Source: an uncultured Nitrososphaerales archaeon
Lineage (GTDB): Archaea; Thermoproteota; Nitrososphaeria; Nitrososphaerales; Gagatemarchaeaceae
Reading direction: 5' to 3'
Length of the DNA stretch: 64,000 nucleotides
Assembly (NCBI GenBank): GCA_963706445.1
Contig: OY970160.1
Span: forward strand, 512,001-576,000
Shown here piece after piece: positions 36,317 to 47,054 of this stretch. Each line of letters begins with the position of its first letter. The stretch's first letter is position 1. The notes below the pieces were generated by a model. The model worked only from the letters and a program-made list of their open reading frames with translations. It was not told where the DNA came from and searched no databases. A program made the translations under genes and the position numbers.

Positions 36317-39300
36317 TCAAATCAATTCGACGGCCTGGATGTGGAACACCGTCGGGCCCCTCGCCTGCTTCTGGGTCTCGAAGACGAAATCCATCCCCAT
36401 CACTTGGAAGTATTCGTTCAGCCCGGTCTGGACGGTGATGACAGTGACCAGCTGGCCGAGCTTCGGGAGCCTCTCCGGGATGTAGCAGTAGCAATCCAGG
36501 ACCCGCTTGCCGCTGCCCGAGAGGCTGACCTGGGCCACGACCAGGTTCACCATCGTCTGCCTGTCTCTGACGTTCTGGTCCGTGACGACGTCCTCCGAGA
36601 GCAGGTATTGGCTCTGGCTGACGGCGTTGTCCGCCTCCGTGACGATGAGCGGGGCCGAGTAGGTCCTGAAGGCGTAAGTGATTGTCGACGCCGTAGGAGT
36701 CCATGCCTGTCCCGTCGGTCGACGTGGCCTTCCTTCCCGAGGTGCCCGAGTCGTGGTACCAGCCATAGGTGTTGCCGGAGTCTCCTATCATGGCCAGGGC
36801 TATCCAATACTTCTGACCGACGAGCACGGTCTGGCTCCCGATGTCTGCCTGGACCCAACCGCCCCCCGAGAGGACGGTCGACACCGGGACCGTGAACTGC
36901 TTGACCAGAGCCCCAGGGACGCCTCCGACGTCGACGAAGACGTAGCCCTGCAGGTCTCCGGTCGGCGTCCCGGTCTTGTTGACGTAGATTCCGATGTATT
37001 GAAGCGTCTCCTGGGTCGGCGCGAACTGGAAGGCAATCCAATTGGCGTTGATCTTGTCGGCTCCTCCCACGACCGACGTCGAACTCTGGTCGATGACGGT
37101 GCTGTCCGTGCCTCCCAGCCCGTAGAGGCGGTTGACCAGGTCGGCGGAGGTGTCCTCGAACGAGAAGACCGCATCGTCGACGGCGTAGAGGACCCTGCTC
37201 TGGTCGTTCCAGGCCGCTCCCGTGGCCGGGTCGTCTGTGATGAGCGCCAACGAGTCCACAATCTCCGGGAAGGCGAAGTGGAGAATCTTCTCCTCGTCGA
37301 CCCACCAAACGCAGCCGGCCTGGGCTGCCAGGTCGTTCAGGATGTCGCTGATGCGCTTGTAGGGCGCGACGTAGCTGGGGATCGATATACCCGTGCTCGC
37401 TATGGTCGAGTTGTAGCCAGTGCCTGCGTAGAGCTGGGCCACCTCTCCGAGCGCCTGCTGGCCGACGGCCACGTCTCCGTCAGACATGGCCCGGTTGATG
37501 ACCTTCACGTCGTCGATGGTCGCGTTGAGCTTGCCCGCTCCGCTCCCCTCTGCCCCTATCCCCAGGGCCGTGTTGTTAGCGACTGGGACGTCAGAGTAAC
37601 TCCCCTGGGCCACCAGAATCCCGTCGACGTAGAGGCTCAGGTTCACCATATCGTAGACCCCGACGACGTGGTGCCAGGCTCCGGTCGAATAGCCCGTGGT
37701 CGCGTCGACGTATCTGAAGGCTGACCCTGTCCCGAACGAGACCCGGAAGGCTCCGGCGTTGGTGACCTGCAGGGCGTAGTTCCGGTTGTTATCTGCCAGC
37801 CCTTTGATGACGATGCTCGTGACCGAGCCCGGGGTGGCGATGACATAGACCCAGGCGGCTATCGTGAACGGCCCGGGGATGTCCAGGGTCGCCGCGTCCT
37901 GGACGGTCAGGTAGTTCGTCGACCCGTCGAAGGTCAGGGCGTGGCCGAAGAGCGAGTTCTGGCCGGAGGCCCAGGTCGGGGAGCCCGTGGCCGTGGCGTT
38001 GTTCCCGTTCCCGCTGACGTCTCCCGGGGTGGTCCCGGAACCTTCGTCGAGCGGCAGGTAGAGCACGAGGTTCGCGCGTCCGGGCCCTACCGTGTGGTAT
38101 TCGATTCCCTCATACTGGAAGACGGTCTGCTGCTGGGTCGGGTAGGCAGACTTGTCCGTGAGCACGAGCTTGACCAGGTTGCCCAGCTCGGTCGTCTGGT
38201 CCGTGCTGTCCACCGTGACGCCGTCCGACTGCTTCTTCTGGAACCTCGAGAAGTTGCCGATGCGCCTGGTGAGCCTCTGGGTCCAGTCGAAGCCGGCCAC
38301 CTCGTAGACCAGCCTCCCCAGGGCTGGCACCGTCGTCTTGTTTCCTGTGACCCGGCCGCTGAAGAACTTCACATACTCGCCTGACCTGCCCGCCCAGATG
38401 TCGACAGGGGTGTCGAGCAGGATCTTCCCCAACAAGACCTGGCCGGAGTCCTCTATCTCCAAGTTGAACGTCGACGCCACTCCTTCGGCTCCTCCGTTCG
38501 TGGTGATGCTCAGGAGGTTGAAGTCTGTCCTCGGGGCGACCGTGATGGGCGGGCTCGTGGCCAGCGTGAGGACCTCCTGGGCGGTGAGGACCCGGTCGTA
38601 GGCTCTGGGGTCGTCCACGGTCGAGTTCTGGGCGTGGTTCACCCCGTCGCCGAAGATGACCTTGTAGCCGGCCGAGACTCTGACGGTGACGGCGAGGGCG
38701 TGCTGGTCGAGCTGGACCCCGTCCAGGTAGAGCGTGATGGTCGCGCCATCGTAGGTCATGGCGAGGTGGTGCCAGCCGTTCAGGGGGGCCGTGTTCGAGC
38801 CGGGGCTGTAAGTGTGCTGGGAGTTGCCCGAATCGCAGAGCCCGTACTGGATTGCAAGGTTGCCGAGGACCTGGATCCACCAGTCGTAGTTCGCGGAGTT
38901 GCTCGTGCCTCCCGTGGCCTTTCTGACGATTACCTCGAGCAGCTGGGACGGAGCCTGCGCGAGGTAGGCCCAGGCGCAGATGCTGAACCCGCCGGTGAAC
39001 TGCAGGGCCGCGTTGTCGGCGACCTCGACCCAGTTGGCTGTGCCGAACTGGAGGGCGTCGCCGAACTTTCCAGGGACCCATGCCGGGGAGCTGATGAGGC
39101 TGCCCGTGTTCCCGTTGCCGCTCTTGTCTGTGGCCGTCGACCCGGTCCCGTCGTCCAGGGGCCAGTAGCCGACCAGGCCCAGGGGGACCGTCGGAGCCGC
39201 CGAGCCGTAGGGGTCTGCGACGTAGGTGAACCCCGGGGTCTTCAGCTGGACCTTCGCCAGCATGGGGCCCGTCTTGAACGGCCCAGTAGGCGGAGGCGGA

Positions 39301-39926
39301 GGCGCAGCTTGGGACGTCCTGAGCTCTATGGCAGCTGCTACCCAGCCAGCGGTGCCCGAGCCTGTCTCCCCAAGGGTCAGGGCCGCCGGCGTGGCGTTGG
39401 TGATGTCCTCGAGGCAGCTCGAGACAACTATCCCATAGATGTCCTGCCGGTTCAGGGTCACCCCTGCCCCGTAGGCTGCCATCGTGACGTTCAGGTGGAC
39501 GACCCAGCCGCCGACCACCCAGTTGTTGTTGTCCTGGGTCGTGACAGCCAGGGTCCCGGGGTCGGCCGATGCGCTCGAGGAGCTGTTCACGTTCCCGATT
39601 GCCGTGACGCTGGTGTAGGACACCGTCTCGGCCGTGAACTTCCCCGACCCGCTGTTGGTGACCGTGATGACGTTGGAGGCTGCCCCGGCGGTGGCGATGC
39701 AAGTCCAGATTTCGACAGAGACGCCTGCCGACCCGCCTGCGATCCCGGTCGCCTTAGAATAGCTGTTCCCTGCCGTGTCCGTGATTGTGGAGACCGACCT
39801 GGCGGAGCCTACTGCGAGGCCGACCAGGACGACTACACAGTCTCCGATGGCAGTCGCGACGGCAGGGAGCGCCCCGGAGATGGCGTTGAACGAGCCGCCC
39901 GTGATGTTCTTCCTGACGCTGGCCAA
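36317..39926 (-). CDS. Large tail tip/hub protein with two LamG/ConA-like domains; +1 frameshift near 36707
   Basis: Two LV.Y.PLD.G.G...D.SGNGN...W..G..G.AL.F...WHH...YD...LY.DG domains; hub-like WWVDEEKILHF; natural C-terminus is in the 36317-36766 frame. Confidence 0.8.
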
Positions 39927-39927
39927 T

Positions 39928-41379
39928 CTACACCCGCCGTTGGACCTGGGTCTTGAGGGTCTTCAGCATCCAGTCGGTGAGCTCCTGCTTGCTCCCGATG
40001 TAATTCGGGAAGTTGATCTGGTAGACCGTGGCCCCGCCGTTCATGTTCGGGACGTTGGGGGCGCCTGTCAGAGGGACGACCGCCTCGGGGCCGCTTTCGC
40101 CGATGAGCGCGTAGGTCGGCTGGGTGACTATCCCCCCTTCGGCCAGCCCGAGCGCCGAAAGGCCTCCGCTGATGTCTCCTCCTATGGACCCGATGACCCC
40201 GGTGACGTCCTTCACCCCGCCGACCACCAGGTTGATTGCGTCGATGATTGGCTGGATTGCCGTCATTATCGCGCTGAAGATCCCCTGCAGGACTCCCCAG
40301 ACTGTCTGGACGACGGTCTGAATCCCATTCCAAAGGTCGCCCCATGCGGTCTCGAACGCCCCGATTATCGTCTGGATGATTGCCCAGTTGGTCGAGAAGT
40401 AGCCGGAGATGACGTCCCAGACGACCTTCGCCACGGCCTGGATTCCGTCCCAGATGACACCCCAGGCCTTTGCGAAGTCGGCGACGGCTGCCTGGATGAG
40501 CTCGATTATCGGCTTGATGTAGGGGTAGAGGAAGTCGACCACGGCCTGGAACTTCTCCCTGATGCCTCCCCAGTCGTTGGTCCAGGCTTCGTAGAGCACG
40601 GCCATGATTGCGATTATGGCCACGGCTATCAGGATGAGCGGATTCGCGTCCATCACGGCGTTGAACACTCCCTGGGCCGCTGTCATCGCGCCCTGTCCTG
40701 CAGTCACAATCGCCGCCATGGCCGAGTGGGCCGCTCCTGCCAGGGTAGATGCGATGCCCATGCCTGCGAGCCCTCCGGCCAGGTTGGCCACGCTGAAAAT
40801 TAGGTTCGGGATCTTCAGGGCGATGCCGACCAGAGCCTCGTCGTATTTCTGCTGGGCGCTGTTGACGTTGTCGGTCGCCTTCTTCTGGGCGTCCAGGGCG
40901 GTCGTGAGCTTGGTCTGCGCCGCGAGGGCCGCTGCGCTGTTCGGACCTCCTGCGGCCACGGCGTCGTTGTAAGCCTGCTGGTCCGCTGTCACGGCCTGGT
41001 TGGCGCTGTCGAGGGCCAGGTTAGCCGTGTTCAGGTTGTTCTGGGCCGACGTCATCGTGTTGACGATGCTCGTGACCTGGCTCCCTACCGAGGCGAGGCC
41101 CTGGAACGCCTTCTGGCTCTCCATCAGGGTCGTGTTGCCCTGTTTCCAGTTGTTCCAGCTGAGGTTCACCTCCGTGTTGGAGTCCCGCATCGCGGTCCTC
41201 TGCTGGGAGATTGCTTCGTGCAGATAGTTCGCGGCGTCGGTGGCGTCCTGGTCGGCCTGGGCCATCGACTCCGTCGACGTGCTGGCGTCGGCTGCGGAAC
41301 TGGCGATGTCCTCGAACCCGGCGGCGGCGTCTGTCAGGCCGTCGGCCGTGACCTGGTAATCGATGGGGATGTCGACCAA
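39928..41379 (-). CDS. Tape measure protein (483 aa)
   Basis: Ala-rich coiled coil, ANPLIL, periodic W..I repeats, LAEGGIV...IGESGPEAVVPL. Confidence 0.88.
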   Translation of the reverse strand: MVDIPIDYQVTADGLTDAAAGFEDIASSAADASTSTESMAQADQDATDAANYLHEAISQQRTAMRDSNTEVNLSWNNWKQGNTTLMESQKAFQGLASVGSQVTSIVNTMTSAQNNLNTANLALDSANQAVTADQQAYNDAVAAGGPNSAAALAAQTKLTTALDAQKKATDNVNSAQQKYDEALVGIALKIPNLIFSVANLAGGLAGMGIASTLAGAAHSAMAAIVTAGQGAMTAAQGVFNAVMDANPLILIAVAIIAIMAVLYEAWTNDWGGIREKFQAVVDFLYPYIKPIIELIQAAVADFAKAWGVIWDGIQAVAKVVWDVISGYFSTNWAIIQTIIGAFETAWGDLWNGIQTVVQTVWGVLQGIFSAIMTAIQPIIDAINLVVGGVKDVTGVIGSIGGDISGGLSALGLAEGGIVTQPTYALIGESGPEAVVPLTGAPNVPNMNGGATVYQINFPNYIGSKQELTDWMLKTLKTQVQRRV

Positions 41380-41733
41380 CTACGCCGACCCCACGAAGTC
41401 GTTGAACGCGTCCTCCAGCCTGCCGTCCATCTCCGCCAGGATGGCCAGGACCGCCGGCGCCAGATAGGGCTGGGCTGCCTGCCTCGAGGTCCCGAACTCG
41501 ACATAGCTGGCGTAGGGCGCCGAAGCTCCCAGAGACCAGCCCCAGGCTGTGGCCGAGACTTCGATGCTGTCTCTCAGCCTCCCGGTCCGGACGGGCACAA
41601 TCTCGCGGGCGTAGGTGGCCATGTCCTCCAGGGAGCCGAGGATGACTTCGACGTCGACCTTCTCCAGGCTCTTGGCTATGGCCCGGGTCTTCCTGATGGC
41701 GTCCTCCAGCCCTGAGACGCTGAAATCACTCAC
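41380..41733 (-). CDS. HK97 gp10-like tail completion protein
   Basis: PVRTGRLRDSI, YASYVEFGTS, AQPYLAPA. Confidence 0.85.
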   Translation of the reverse strand: MSDFSVSGLEDAIRKTRAIAKSLEKVDVEVILGSLEDMATYAREIVPVRTGRLRDSIEVSATAWGWSLGASAPYASYVEFGTSRQAAQPYLAPAVLAILAEMDGRLEDAFNDFVGSA

Positions 41734-42273
41734 GGTAGAACTCCTCCGTGTTCGTGTCCATCTTCCGCTTCGCCTCCTGCAGGGATTCGACCAGGAGCCA
41801 GGACTGGATGAGTTTGGAATCTGCCGTCTCCGCCTCCTCTATCGAAAGGTGGTAATCGAGGACCAGGTGCCGGAGCCTCATGCTCCGCCGGAGCCAGGGC
41901 GTCAGGGTGCGCTGGTCGCCGAAGAAGACGAAGCGGCGGAGGCCGCGAGCTTCGTCCTTTCCGATAAAAAAAGGCCGTTGTATTTCTGGACAAGCTGGTC
42001 GACGATGGAACGCCTCCCGAGCTCCAGGTCCTCGGGGGTGACGCCTGCAGGCTCGACGATGGCCAGGGCGATTGCTCTGTAGGTGAGCGCCATCTTCTGC
42101 TCCGGGGTCTCCGCCTTCGCGTTGCCGATCTCGTCGTAGGCCTTGGCGTGGCTCTTGTCTTCGAAGACGAAGTGAAACTTCTCCCCGCTGACCGGGTCGA
42201 CCACGTCGAAGGGGTAGGTCCTCGGCGTGAGGAACGACTGCATCTTCTGGAGCTCTGTGGGCTCTGTCTCCAT
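41726..42273 (-). CDS. Tail assembly chaperone gpG (42273-41902) and -1 frameshift product gpGT (to 41726)
   Basis: CTT TTT TTA slippery site 41971-41965; -1 frame open for about 80 codons; lies between tail tube and tape measure genes. Confidence 0.8.
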
Positions 42274-42275
42274 GT

Positions 42276-43169
42276 CTAAGTTATCGCCGCCGACTGGGCC
42301 TGAAAGCCCCATTTCTCCGGGAGCGGTTCTTTGCTGTCCGCGTCGTAGGTTCTGTCCGTAAGGTCTGTCAGGTTGACGACGCTCAGGGTGAGGGTCGAGG
42401 TGGACGAGAGCAGGACCCAGGCGAGGGTCCTGGCCGTGCCAGCCTTCGCGTCTGTCTCGAGCGTGACCGCCGTGTATTCGTTGGTCAGGTCTCCCTTGAC
42501 GGTCCTGGCCAGGGACGGCTCCATGAACGAAGCCTTCTGGGAACCGAGAATCCACTTGGCGCCTACCTCTCTGGTGAACGTCACAGAAATCTGCTCGACC
42601 GGGATGGCCCCAGCGTTCCATGTCACCGGGTTGGCCCCTCCGCTTGCCATGCCCCAGAGGGCGGTCGCGTCGGCCGTCGCGTGGCTCCCGGCGCCGATGT
42701 AGTCCGAGGCGCTGGGCGTGTTGATCTGGTCGTGGGCCATGGTGACTTGGACCATTATCGTTGGCTTGCTGACGTCGCCGGTTATCTTCAGGGTCTTGAC
42801 CCTGGACCTCGTGCAGGTGACGAAGTTGGTCGTCCCGTTGAGCTTGAACGAGAATCCGATGCTGAGCGACTTGTCCGTGGTCCCTGAGCCTCCGCCGACG
42901 GCGCTGATGCCGTACTTCAGGAAGGTGGAGTTCGTGATGCCGAACTCGAAGGTCGACTCGAAGACCTGCCTGCCGAAGACCATCTTATAGAAGTCTTCTC
43001 CGCCGTGCCTCCGGTAGGCGTCGTTCTCGAGTGTAATCTTGGGCGTCCACTTGGCCACGTTGGCCAGGAACACCATCGCCGGGTTTGTCGGGATGGTTCC
43101 TTCCGTCGACTCCTCCACATACTCGAGCTGGTTGACGATCTTGCTCGCATGGGTCAGGGTCGCTGCCAT
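42276..43169 (-). CDS. Major tail tube protein
   Basis: 297 aa, LEYVEESTEGTIP N-terminus typical of siphovirus tube proteins; gene position. Confidence 0.75.
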   Translation of the reverse strand: MAATLTHASKIVNQLEYVEESTEGTIPTNPAMVFLANVAKWTPKITLENDAYRRHGGEDFYKMVFGRQVFESTFEFGITNSTFLKYGISAVGGGSGTTDKSLSIGFSFKLNGTTNFVTCTRSRVKTLKITGDVSKPTIMVQVTMAHDQINTPSASDYIGAGSHATADATALWGMASGGANPVTWNAGAIPVEQISVTFTREVGAKWILGSQKASFMEPSLARTVKGDLTNEYTAVTLETDAKAGTARTLAWVLLSSTSTLTLSVVNLTDLTDRTYDADSKEPLPEKWGFQAQSAAIT

Positions 43170-43420
43170 CAGGCGTTAACCTCCGCGACTGTCGTGAAGA
43201 TGACCTCTCTGTTCCAGGTCCCGCAGGCGGGACAATGCCAGTTTTTGACGACGCCTCCGTTGTCCGTGGGCTCGGTAAATTCTACGACTGGGGTGCCTGC
43301 ACAGGAATCGCTCAGATGCTCGAAAGTGAACTTGCCGCCCTCCTCAGGCTGTTTCTTACCCGTGGTCTCCTCGACCTGGAGGAGCTGTCGGGCTGGCCGG
43401 CTTATTAGCCTACGATTCAA
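43169..43420 (-). CDS. Small Zn-binding protein
   Basis: H..SC and CPACG motifs. Confidence 0.4.
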   Translation of the reverse strand: MNRRLISRPARQLLQVEETTGKKQPEEGGKFTFEHLSDSCAGTPVVEFTEPTDNGGVVKNWHCPACGTWNREVIFTTVAEVNA

Positions 43421-43455
43421 AAACGGGGCGCGGCCTACTCCTCTGGGGTAGGTCG
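43418..43455 (-). terminator. Hairpin plus T-tract between head and tail modules
   Basis: CGACCTACCCC-AGA-GGAGTAGGCCG stem followed shortly by TTTTT on the minus strand. Confidence 0.35.
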
Positions 43456-43463
43456 CCGGGTGC

Positions 43464-43676
43464 TCAATACCACCAGGGCTTCGACGTCGAGAACCACCAG
43501 GTGACTGCGCCCGAGGGCGTGTTCACGGTGGCGTTCCCGGTCTTGTCCCAGGTGACTTCGGAGTTGTTCACGGCCCTGTAGGTGGCTTTCTGTGCCTCCC
43601 TCTCCTCTGAGGTGGCGAACTGGAAAAGGTTGTCGGCTCCCGTGTCGTTGTTTCTGACGTAGAGCGGGAAGGTCAA
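43464..43676 (-). CDS. Small hypothetical protein
   Basis: 70 aa, TTGA overlap, virus-like codon usage. Confidence 0.5.
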   Translation of the reverse strand: MTFPLYVRNNDTGADNLFQFATSEEREAQKATYRAVNNSEVTWDKTGNATVNTPSGAVTWWFSTSKPWWY

Positions 43677-44056
43677 GATGCTGGGGCTCCTGCTGCAAAC
43701 TTGGCGTCGAGGGCTGCTACGAGGGCGTTGGCGATGGCCTGGTCAGATGCCGGGAGCTTTGCGATCTCTGTCTGGGCGATTGCCTTTGCGTCCGTCCAGG
43801 TCTTGGCGATTCCGGCGGTGGTGGTGGTCGACCCGACCGGGACGGTCCCGGTGTCGACGAAGGCGATGAGGTCAGAGACCACGTCGCCTCCCAGGACTCC
43901 GACTCCTGTGGCGACGGCGGTGACGAGGGCCTGGTGTGCAGGCGAGAAGGCGCTTGCGATTGCTGGGACGTTCCCGGCCACGAAGCCGAGCACGCCTCCG
44001 AGAGACCAGAGGATGCGGTCGAGGATGTTCTTCTGCTTTAGCGACAGTGATACCAT
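43673..44056 (-). CDS. 2-TM membrane protein (holin-like)
   Basis: Two hydrophobic helices; own late-promoter motif at 44081-44091. Confidence 0.5.
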   Translation of the reverse strand: MVSLSLKQKNILDRILWSLGGVLGFVAGNVPAIASAFSPAHQALVTAVATGVGVLGGDVVSDLIAFVDTGTVPVGSTTTTAGIAKTWTDAKAIAQTEIAKLPASDQAIANALVAALDAKFAAGAPAS

Positions 44057-44096
44057 TTGCGAGTTCTCAAGTCGCAGGCACCGTCTTTAACGGGAC

Positions 44097-44390
44097 TCAG
44101 GCCTTGACCTTCTCGTAGTAGGCCGTCACGGTGCCTACCGAGTGGACCCACTCCGGCTTGTAGTCGGCCGCTTCGCCTGGAGGCTCCGGGGCTTCCCTGA
44201 ACCCGCTGAAGTCCCACCAGCTGATGCCCGCCGCCGGGTTCGCCTTGAGCAGGAGGACCTGCTGGGCCACTTCGAGCTCCATCTTCCATTTCTTGTCCTT
44301 GTTGGCGTTCCCCTTCGCCCAGACGTGGACGGAATGGTTGTCCAGGTATTCCCACCTGGCCGCCCCCATGCTCGTAGGCCTGAGGACGGG
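44097..44390 (-). pseudogene. 3' remnant of a tail-terminator-like gene
   Basis: Coherent frame WEYLDNHSVHVWAKG...HSVGTVTAYYEK that begins abruptly where the capsid sequence degenerates. Confidence 0.45.
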
Positions 44391-45225
44391 TGAGGTCGGG
44401 GTCGAAGATGGTCTTGACTTGTGGGTATCCGATGGCTCCGAGGTCCGCCGTCCCTGCGTCGAGGGCAGCGGCCGGGTTGTGGTATCTGACGAAGGTGTTG
44501 CTGCGGAAGTTCTTCCAGACGGTGGGGTGCATGGCGACCGTGTCGACCTGGAACCCAGACTGCGCGATGGCGTCATACTGGGCGTCGATGTCGGTCAGCG
44601 GGTTGTAGAGGCTGAAGTCGTTGTTCGAGTTCATGGTGGCGTAGCTGCCGACGCCTGCTCCTGCGCCTGCGTCCGACTCTGCGATCGTGGCCAGCTGGCT
44701 GTTCTCCAGCTTGACGAGGGCCATGGCGGCGTTGCTGACGTGGAGGGCGAAGACGTCGTGGACTGCCTGCTTCTCGGACTCGTCCGAGAGCAGTATGTGG
44801 GCGACGTTCTTGCCGATGGCTGCCAGGTCGAAGGTCGTCCTGGCGTAGGTCTGCTTGACGACCTGGGCCTCCTCCAGCGGGAGGATGCGGCCGGTCGCCG
44901 AGAACTTGGTGCCGAGGTCCACACTGAGGACCAGCTGCGGCGAGTTGATGATCTGGAAGCACTCCCTCAGGCGGTATTGTCTGAAGGTCAGACCGAGGAC
45001 CTGGTCGAGCACGACTATCGCCTTGATGGTCGAGCTGTCCGGGGTGTCGAAAATGCCTGCGCGGAGCTCCTGTTCTGCGGCTCTCAGGAACCTGGGCTCT
45101 ACTTCGGTGGGCCTGCCTTTCGCTCCGAACTTGGCGACGTATTCGCTGGTCTCGGGGTGGCCGACCGCTCCTCTGTAGAAGACCTGGTCGTCAGGGTTGA
45201 ACCAGGCGAGGTGTGTTCCGTCCAT
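44390..45225 (-). CDS. Major capsid protein (HK97 fold), C-terminally truncated; ORF runs on out of context to 44038
   Basis: E-loop-like ILPLEEA, KNVAHILLSDE, VDTVAMHPTVW; follows protease and cement genes. Confidence 0.75.
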
Positions 45226-45228
45226 GTC

Positions 45229-45669
45229 CTATGCACTTATCCCCGCTCGGTAGCCGAGCAGAATCCTTCCGGTGCCGTTCTTCGTGATGGCTTCGTAGGC
45301 CATGCCCACGATGAGCCTGAGCTCCTTGGTCTGTGACTGGACGTAGTTGCTGCTGAAGTCGGTCGCCTCCGCCAGCTGGACCTTTGTCTTGGCCGTGGTG
45401 CCGGGCTTCACGAAGTTCCCGAGCGGGACGGCTGCGACGTTGTCCTCTGCAACCTCGACGATGCCTTCGAGGAGGCACCTGCCGGTCCCTGCTTTGGTGA
45501 TGGCTTCGACCGCGACCACATAGGGGCCTGCGTCTGTAGTGTTCTGGGCGTCGTGGACCTTCCCTGCGCGTAGGACGCACAGGTCGCCTTTGACGATGGC
45601 CGATGTGTTGTCCTCGGTGAGCTGGATGAACCGCGCTCCAATCTCACTGTCTACGTCTCCTACCGCCAT
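45229..45669 (-). CDS. Capsid cement/decoration protein
   Basis: 146 aa, IVKGDL, VAVEAI, EGIVEV, VGMAYEA; between scaffold and MCP. Confidence 0.6.
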   Translation of the reverse strand: MAVGDVDSEIGARFIQLTEDNTSAIVKGDLCVLRAGKVHDAQNTTDAGPYVVAVEAITKAGTGRCLLEGIVEVAEDNVAAVPLGNFVKPGTTAKTKVQLAEATDFSSNYVQSQTKELRLIVGMAYEAITKNGTGRILLGYRAGISA

Positions 45670-47054
45670 TAGGCGCCGCCTCCTCTGTTTGCTCCAAACA
45701 AGCTCGAGTACAGTTCGTCGACGATGCTGTCAGGCGCCATGCTGTCTGCGGCGGCCGCCTGGAAAGTGACCGTGGATGCTCCCCTCGTCTTGAGGGTCCC
45801 TGCGAGTATCTTCTGATAGGTCTCGCCGATGACGTTGAGCGCATCCGCGCTGAGCGTCTTGATGGCTTCGACCTCTTTGGCGAAGTCTGCCTGCCTGGCC
45901 AGACCCGCCTGAACCTTGAGCTCTACCACCCTGTTGATGACCTTGTCGTGCTCTGCGGCGATCCTCTGGGCCTTCTCCATCTCAAGGACGTCGAGCTTGG
46001 TCTTCAAGCCTTCGATGGTGGCATTGAACGCAGCACACTTGGCGTCCATGTCTGCCTTCATGTCCGCGATCTTCTTCTCCGCTTCTGCGGGCTCCATTCG
46101 AGGTTGGTTCGCCGTCGGAGGCTCTTTAACGTGGTCCGCTTCCGAGAATTTCGACCAGGCGTAGGCGTAGAGCTTGTCGCTCTGGATCTTGTCTCCGATG
46201 AGCTGGGCGGCTTCTCCGACCGTCTTGGCCAGGCCTGCCTGGATGGCAGCCCCGACGCTCCTGTTCTTGATGGCCGCGCAGACCTTCTGGGCCGTGTCCT
46301 TGTCGCCGTACTTGTCCATCATCTTGGACAGGCACTGCTCCCAGGGGAACGAGCCAGGGCCTGACGCGGGCGCGGCGTAGTAGTCCTTGAGCAGCTCGTC
46401 CATCGACGCGACGAAGTCCAACGTCTGGGGCTTCTGCTCTCGTGCTTCTTTAACGGCCAGCTCGAGGGCGGCCGAGAAGTTGCAGGTCCTGACGTCGGGG
46501 CTGACGCAGGTCCCCTTGACCCGGGCCTGGCTTCCGAAGGCCGGCCTGGCGACGAAGGCGAGGTGCCTGCCGAGGAACGACTTGACCAGCTCCAGCCCTC
46601 CGCTCTGAGTGACGTTGTTCGTGTCTACCCGGATCTGGGGGCTGACCCACATCCATGCGCCGCTCTTGATCCCCTCCCAGGCTGCGTCGTCTGTTATCTC
46701 CACGATGCCGAAGGCGTCCTGGGCCTGGCCGACCTCGATTATCGTCCCGACCTTGTGGCTCTGCTCGTAGGCTGCGAGCTCTGCCGGGCTGAAGCTCTGA
46801 AGATCTCCTGCAGCGTCCTTGTAGGTCCCGTGCTCGTTGGGATCTCCGGGTGGACCGAGGACAGGCCTGCCGATGAACGACCTGAGCCCGTCCATGATGG
46901 CGTCCGTCGTCACGCCCCACTTGTTGAGGCTCATGCTGTCGTCGATGAGGAAGACCTTGACGTAGTGCTTGCCAGACTTCTCGTAGGGCTCGAAGCTACG
47001 GCTGAGATAGTTCAGAACCTGAGGCGTCTGGACTTGGGTAAGAGATTGTGACAC
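45669..47054 (-). CDS. Prohead protease-scaffold fusion
   Basis: GRPVL...H, WVSP, HLAFVARPAFG protease motifs; C-terminal coiled coil. Confidence 0.8.
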   Translation of the reverse strand: MSQSLTQVQTPQVLNYLSRSFEPYEKSGKHYVKVFLIDDSMSLNKWGVTTDAIMDGLRSFIGRPVLGPPGDPNEHGTYKDAAGDLQSFSPAELAAYEQSHKVGTIIEVGQAQDAFGIVEITDDAAWEGIKSGAWMWVSPQIRVDTNNVTQSGGLELVKSFLGRHLAFVARPAFGSQARVKGTCVSPDVRTCNFSAALELAVKEAREQKPQTLDFVASMDELLKDYYAAPASGPGSFPWEQCLSKMMDKYGDKDTAQKVCAAIKNRSVGAAIQAGLAKTVGEAAQLIGDKIQSDKLYAYAWSKFSEADHVKEPPTANQPRMEPAEAEKKIADMKADMDAKCAAFNATIEGLKTKLDVLEMEKAQRIAAEHDKVINRVVELKVQAGLARQADFAKEVEAIKTLSADALNVIGETYQKILAGTLKTRGASTVTFQAAAADSMAPDSIVDELYSSLFGANRGGGA

